From Candidatus Saccharimonadota bacterium (GTDB lineage Bacteria; Patescibacteriota; Saccharimonadia; Saccharimonadales; Saccharimonadaceae): 52,566 nt of DNA. The DNA lies in assembly GCA_030528995.1 (NCBI GenBank), contig JAUMXR010000002.1, forward strand, positions 1 to 52,566, given 5' to 3'. Positions 48,776-52,566 of this stretch are shown in pieces. Numbering within the stretch: position 1 is the first letter of the stretch; every line of letters starts with the position of its first letter. Below the pieces are notes generated by a model. That model did not search any database. It was not told the DNA's origin and was given only the letters and a program-made list of their open reading frames with translations. The position numbers and the translations under genes are program-made.

Positions 48776-50629
48776 TTACTGTTTTTCTTCGGTTTTTTCG
48801 GACTTTTCATCCTTTTTTTCGGACTTTTCATCCGCACTTTGTTCATCTTCTTTTTGCTCTACTTTGTTGCCACTCTGGTCTTTGATTTCTAGGTTGACGG
48901 TAATCTTGTTGGAGTCACCCGGAATAGACGTTACCCATGGGAATGAGCCGTTGATTTTAACTTCCGTTACACCATCAATATCTTTCAAAACATGCTGCGC
49001 ATCGCCAAAACCACGACCCTTAATCAAGTCTACGATGCTCGAAACAGTAAGCTTCGGGCCTGTCATGTAGGAGGTTTTCAGTTTACCAGTGTAGCCAGCT
49101 TCGGTCTTCGTAAAGCTCTCGATAAACGGGTTATTCATCTCGTAAATTTTCTTATCTTCACCCAGATTGGCTTTCTTAGTAATAAACTCTTCCACCTTAG
49201 TCTTGTCAATTACAAATACTGAAGTAACCGTGGTGGCCTTCAAAGTCGGCTTCACGCCTTCCTTTACCTCTTCATCTACCTTCGGCGTAGCTTCAGCACT
49301 TAAAGTTTCTTGCTTCAGGCTAGAATCAATCAACATTACGTTATCGCCAATTTGCTCAAGTAATTTCTCCTTATTCTCCTCCAGGTTAGCACCCTTCAGG
49401 GATTCTTTGGCTTTGTCGATATCGGATTGCTGAACTACGGTTATCTCTTTATCTGTGCCTCCAGACATAGCTTTGTCAGAATAAACACCAACTGGGGCTG
49501 TAGTGTTCCAACCAGTGTTTGACTCCGCAATATTATACTTAGAGCCAGGTTCAACTGCGGTGACATCAACTCTACCATAGATTAAGCATCCAGAGGTAAT
49601 TGCAGAAGCTTGCCCGTTGTTTTCACAATCAGTGGCCGTCATGCCGTCCCAATTCAAAGTTGCAGCTTTATCCGAAGTAAAAGAGTAATCACCTAAAGTG
49701 AAAGTCGCGCCAGCGCTAACTTGAACTGCGCCTTTTTCTTTAAAAAACGCATAGATAACGACTTCGCCTTTTGCCTTCTCCCCCACATTCTTTTTCCCAG
49801 TTGCTGCAAACTCAACTGTTTCGGTCGACTCAACCTTCTTTTCTTCAAGATAGAACTTACCAGCATCGGCATCTTCCTCATTTATCTTTTCAACGAAAGA
49901 TACAGCCTGAGAGAAATTATTCGAATCGGTCCGAATGCTCACTGTCACCGTGGCGGAAGGAGCTAAAGCTAGCGCCCAAACTAACAATAGAATGAGTACA
50001 ACGGCACCTACGCCACTAATAATAGCAATCTTCTTGTGTTCAGTCAGCCAAGCTATGATTTTATTGCCAGGTTTCAATTCGCCGCGCTTTTTGGCTGGCT
50101 TCTCTTTGGCTATCTTTGCCTTTTCGTTCTTAGCTTCAGGTTCTTTTTCGTCTTCCTCATCCTCTTCTTCATCTGCATCTTCAGCCTTCTCGTCCTTCTC
50201 CTCTGTTTTTTCGGACTTTTCATCCGCGCTTTCTTCGTCTTCTTTATCGCCGCCTTCTAGCTCTTCGACGTCCTCAACCGTCTCAACCGTCCCGTCAGAT
50301 TCTTCAACTAATTCTTCTTTTGACACCGTATCGTCTTCCTCTTCCTTCTCTTCTTTTGGAATCACCGGTGCAGTCTGTAGATCTTTCGTAACCGGCAATT
50401 TGGTCGCCGCCGCTAGCTTCACAATCGAAGGATCGGTCGTTACGAGCACGATGGTTTTCTCGGCGGACTTGCCTGCCTTGTTGATTAACTTGATGTTTAC
50501 CACGCTTCGAAATACACCGGCCTTTTTGGGTGGTACCAAAGCGATGATTTTCTCTTTTGATTTTTCAATTTTGGTGATAATATCAGTGATATCATCTTCT
50601 GGTTCTATATATAAAACATCCTTGTTCAT
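48776..50629 (-). CDS. conserved Patescibacteria-type membrane protein (baseplate J-like extracellular region)
   Basis: LYIEPEDDITDII N-terminus, acidic linker, TM, then ATGKKNVGEKAKGEV, VTAVEPGSKYNI and MSGGTDK. Confidence 0.7.
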   Translation of the reverse strand: MNKDVLYIEPEDDITDIITKIEKSKEKIIALVPPKKAGVFRSVVNIKLINKAGKSAEKTIVLVTTDPSIVKLAAATKLPVTKDLQTAPVIPKEEKEEEDDTVSKEELVEESDGTVETVEDVEELEGGDKEDEESADEKSEKTEEKDEKAEDADEEEDEEDEKEPEAKNEKAKIAKEKPAKKRGELKPGNKIIAWLTEHKKIAIISGVGAVVLILLLVWALALAPSATVTVSIRTDSNNFSQAVSFVEKINEEDADAGKFYLEEKKVESTETVEFAATGKKNVGEKAKGEVVIYAFFKEKGAVQVSAGATFTLGDYSFTSDKAATLNWDGMTATDCENNGQASAITSGCLIYGRVDVTAVEPGSKYNIAESNTGWNTTAPVGVYSDKAMSGGTDKEITVVQQSDIDKAKESLKGANLEENKEKLLEQIGDNVMLIDSSLKQETLSAEATPKVDEEVKEGVKPTLKATTVTSVFVIDKTKVEEFITKKANLGEDKKIYEMNNPFIESFTKTEAGYTGKLKTSYMTGPKLTVSSIVDLIKGRGFGDAQHVLKDIDGVTEVKINGSFPWVTSIPGDSNKITVNLEIKDQSGNKVEQKEDEQSADEKSEKKDEKSEKTEEKQ

Positions 50630-50677
50630 AAATTAATTTTACCACATTTTAATAAGGTTGTGGTAAAATAAATATAA

Positions 50678-52147
50678 ATGAGTATATTTAAGCGCAACAA
50701 AACTCCAAATAATGAAGGCGATAATTCTGCTTTGTCTGAGCTCGCGCTCAAATCCATTCATGATGGTGTAATTATCACAGACAAAAACGGCACCGTCCAG
50801 TTTATTAATCCAGCTGCTGTTATTATGACCGGTTGTAGTTCGGCCAGCAACGCTATGGGCCTAGATTATGGATTAATTGTCAAGCTGGAAAGCAAAGAAG
50901 GTCGTGAACTTTCCGAAGCTGAGAACCCTCTCATCCAGGCCATGCAGACCAATCAACCGCTCGAGCCCTACCAAGCCTCATTGATTGACACTTCTTCCGA
51001 AAAGCGCCTTCCAGTTGCTATTTCGGTACTGACTGCAGAAGGTATGAGCGGTAATCGTATCATAACCCTACGCGACATCACCAAAGAACTTGAAGAAGAA
51101 GGCGAACAGACCGAGTTTATCTCCACTGCTTCCCACGAAATGCGTACTCCAGTTGCCACGATTGATGGTTATCTATCTCTAGCTCTGAACCCCCAAACTG
51201 CTACTATTGATGAGCGAGCCAGAGGTTATTTAACGGCCGCCGAAAAAGCCTCCAAGCATCTTGGCAAACTATTCCAAGACTTACTCGACGTAACGAAGCT
51301 AGATGACGGCAAGATCAAGCCTCATTTTGTTCCGGTCGAAATGGTCGAACTGGCGCAGTCTATCGCTAATGACCATGCTATGCAGGCTAAGGAAGCCAAG
51401 GTCAATTATACTTTTGGTTCCGAGCAACCTCTTAGTGGTGGTCGCAAAATGCAACAAGTTGTTTATGGCTTTGTAGACCTAGATTTTATGCGCGAAATTC
51501 TTGATAACCTGATTGATAACGCAATCAAATACACTCCCGAAGGCGGTTCAATCTATGTCAATGTGCGTGGCGATGGCGACCGCGTACTTATTAATGTTAC
51601 CGACTCCGGCATCGGGATTTCAGCCGATGACTTAACCCATATTTTCCAAAAATTCTACCGCGTAGACAATTCCGACACCCGTACCATAGGCGGTACTGGC
51701 CTAGGCTTATACCTCGTCAAACAACGCGTGGAGGCCATGGGCGGCAAAGTTTGGGCAGAGTCAGCCTTCGGCGAAGGTTCGACTTTCTATGTTTCTTTGC
51801 CTCGTATTACTGCTGACGAATATGAAAAACGCATGATTATAGTGCGCAATCAACAGGCTCAGGCTCAAATGATGCAAAAAGTACCCGCACCACAAATTCC
51901 GCCAATATCTTCTCAAAGTGCTTTCCAGGTAGCTTCCGCACCGAACCAAACTGCCCCGCAGCCAGTAACTCAACCAGTTGCGCCTAGACCCGTAGCTCCT
52001 CAACCGGCTCAACCAGCCCCTCGTCCAGTAGCGCCACCCGCAATTTCCCCACCACCTGCTCCGCCTACACCGCAACCGGCGCCCGCGCCAACAATTACAC
52101 CAGTTCAAAATCAAATCAATAATAACTTAAACGGAGAATCAAAATGA
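50678..52147 (+). CDS. PAS-domain sensor histidine kinase with Pro-rich tail
   Basis: PAS domain (SIHDGVIITD...INPAA), SHEMRTP H-box, NLIDNAIKY, DSGIGI and GGTGLGL motifs. Confidence 0.95.
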   Translation: MSIFKRNKTPNNEGDNSALSELALKSIHDGVIITDKNGTVQFINPAAVIMTGCSSASNAMGLDYGLIVKLESKEGRELSEAENPLIQAMQTNQPLEPYQASLIDTSSEKRLPVAISVLTAEGMSGNRIITLRDITKELEEEGEQTEFISTASHEMRTPVATIDGYLSLALNPQTATIDERARGYLTAAEKASKHLGKLFQDLLDVTKLDDGKIKPHFVPVEMVELAQSIANDHAMQAKEAKVNYTFGSEQPLSGGRKMQQVVYGFVDLDFMREILDNLIDNAIKYTPEGGSIYVNVRGDGDRVLINVTDSGIGISADDLTHIFQKFYRVDNSDTRTIGGTGLGLYLVKQRVEAMGGKVWAESAFGEGSTFYVSLPRITADEYEKRMIIVRNQQAQAQMMQKVPAPQIPPISSQSAFQVASAPNQTAPQPVTQPVAPRPVAPQPAQPAPRPVAPPAISPPPAPPTPQPAPAPTITPVQNQINNNLNGESK

Positions 52148-52566
52148 GTAAAATAATGGTAGTCGAAGACGACGCAAGCTTACGTGAAATATACAGCATC
52201 CGCATTACCGCCGAAGGCTACGATGTGGTTTCTGCCGGCGATGGCGAAGAAGCCCTTGCCGTTGCAGTACGAGAAAAGCCTGATTTGATTTTAAGTGATG
52301 TGATGATGCCAAAAATATCCGGTTTCGATATGTTGGATATTTTGCGTTCCACTCCCGAAACCGCCAGTATCAAGGTGGTCATGATGACGGCCCTTTCTGC
52401 CGAAGACCAACGCCAACGCGGTGAACGCTTAGGCGCAGATCGCTATTTAGTCAAATCCCAAGTCGGTATCGAGGATGTTATAAATGTAATTCATGAAGTG
52501 TTGGGTGACCGCGTGGCGCCTGCTCCGGCGGCCGAAACCGCCCCGGCTCCAGCACCTGAAGCCGCT
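52144..52566 (+). CDS. response regulator receiver domain protein (3'-truncated by window, absent from ORF track)
   Basis: MSKIMVVEDD...PDLILSDVMMPKISG...MTAL...YLVKS. ATGA overlap with the kinase. Confidence 0.93.
   Translation, partial: MSKIMVVEDDASLREIYSIRITAEGYDVVSAGDGEEALAVAVREKPDLILSDVMMPKISGFDMLDILRSTPETASIKVVMMTALSAEDQRQRGERLGADRYLVKSQVGIEDVINVIHEVLGDRVAPAPAAETAPAPAPEAA

Noticed and set aside
48776-50629. Prophage suggested by the baseplate-J-like protein
   Set aside because: Membrane-anchored, embedded among core genes, and no other phage genes nearby.
49935-50636. 233-aa Ser-rich + strand ORF
   Set aside because: Antisense shadow of the Glu/Lys-rich linker of the 48776..50629 gene.
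51880-52110. Pro/Gln-rich repeats at the kinase C-terminus as a DNA repeat element
   Set aside because: Ordinary low-complexity coding tail with no discrete repeat unit.

Overview
Window from what is most likely a Patescibacteria (Saccharibacteria/TM7-like) chromosome. The lineage is inferred from the gene order baseplate-J-like protein - ruvX - mltG - LysM/CHAP, not from a database search. The left ~39.6 kb is accessory. It holds a type-1-like BREX locus (brxA-brxB-brxC-pglX-pglZ-brxL, with brxL lacking its Lon domain), a Fic gene bracketed by matching palindromes, a protein with a DpnI-type winged helix, a patchwork of small metabolic and envelope genes, a HopA1-like protein, and a compact operon of non-canonical Fic + Mesh1-like HD hydrolase + zeta-toxin-like kinase near tRNA-Leu(TAG). 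The right ~13 kb is core: rsmD, recG, trmD, obgE, LysM/CHAP, a ruvX-mltG fusion, a PAS histidine kinase and a response regulator. The most striking unexplained structure is three long palindromic elements inserted in frame into trmD and (twice) obgE. The trmD element has a target-site duplication, and the two obgE elements share an identical apex loop. Also notable are the Fic-HD-kinase operon, a candidate ~145-nt sRNA, and widespread promoter architecture predicting leaderless mRNAs. All family calls come from motif recognition by eye.
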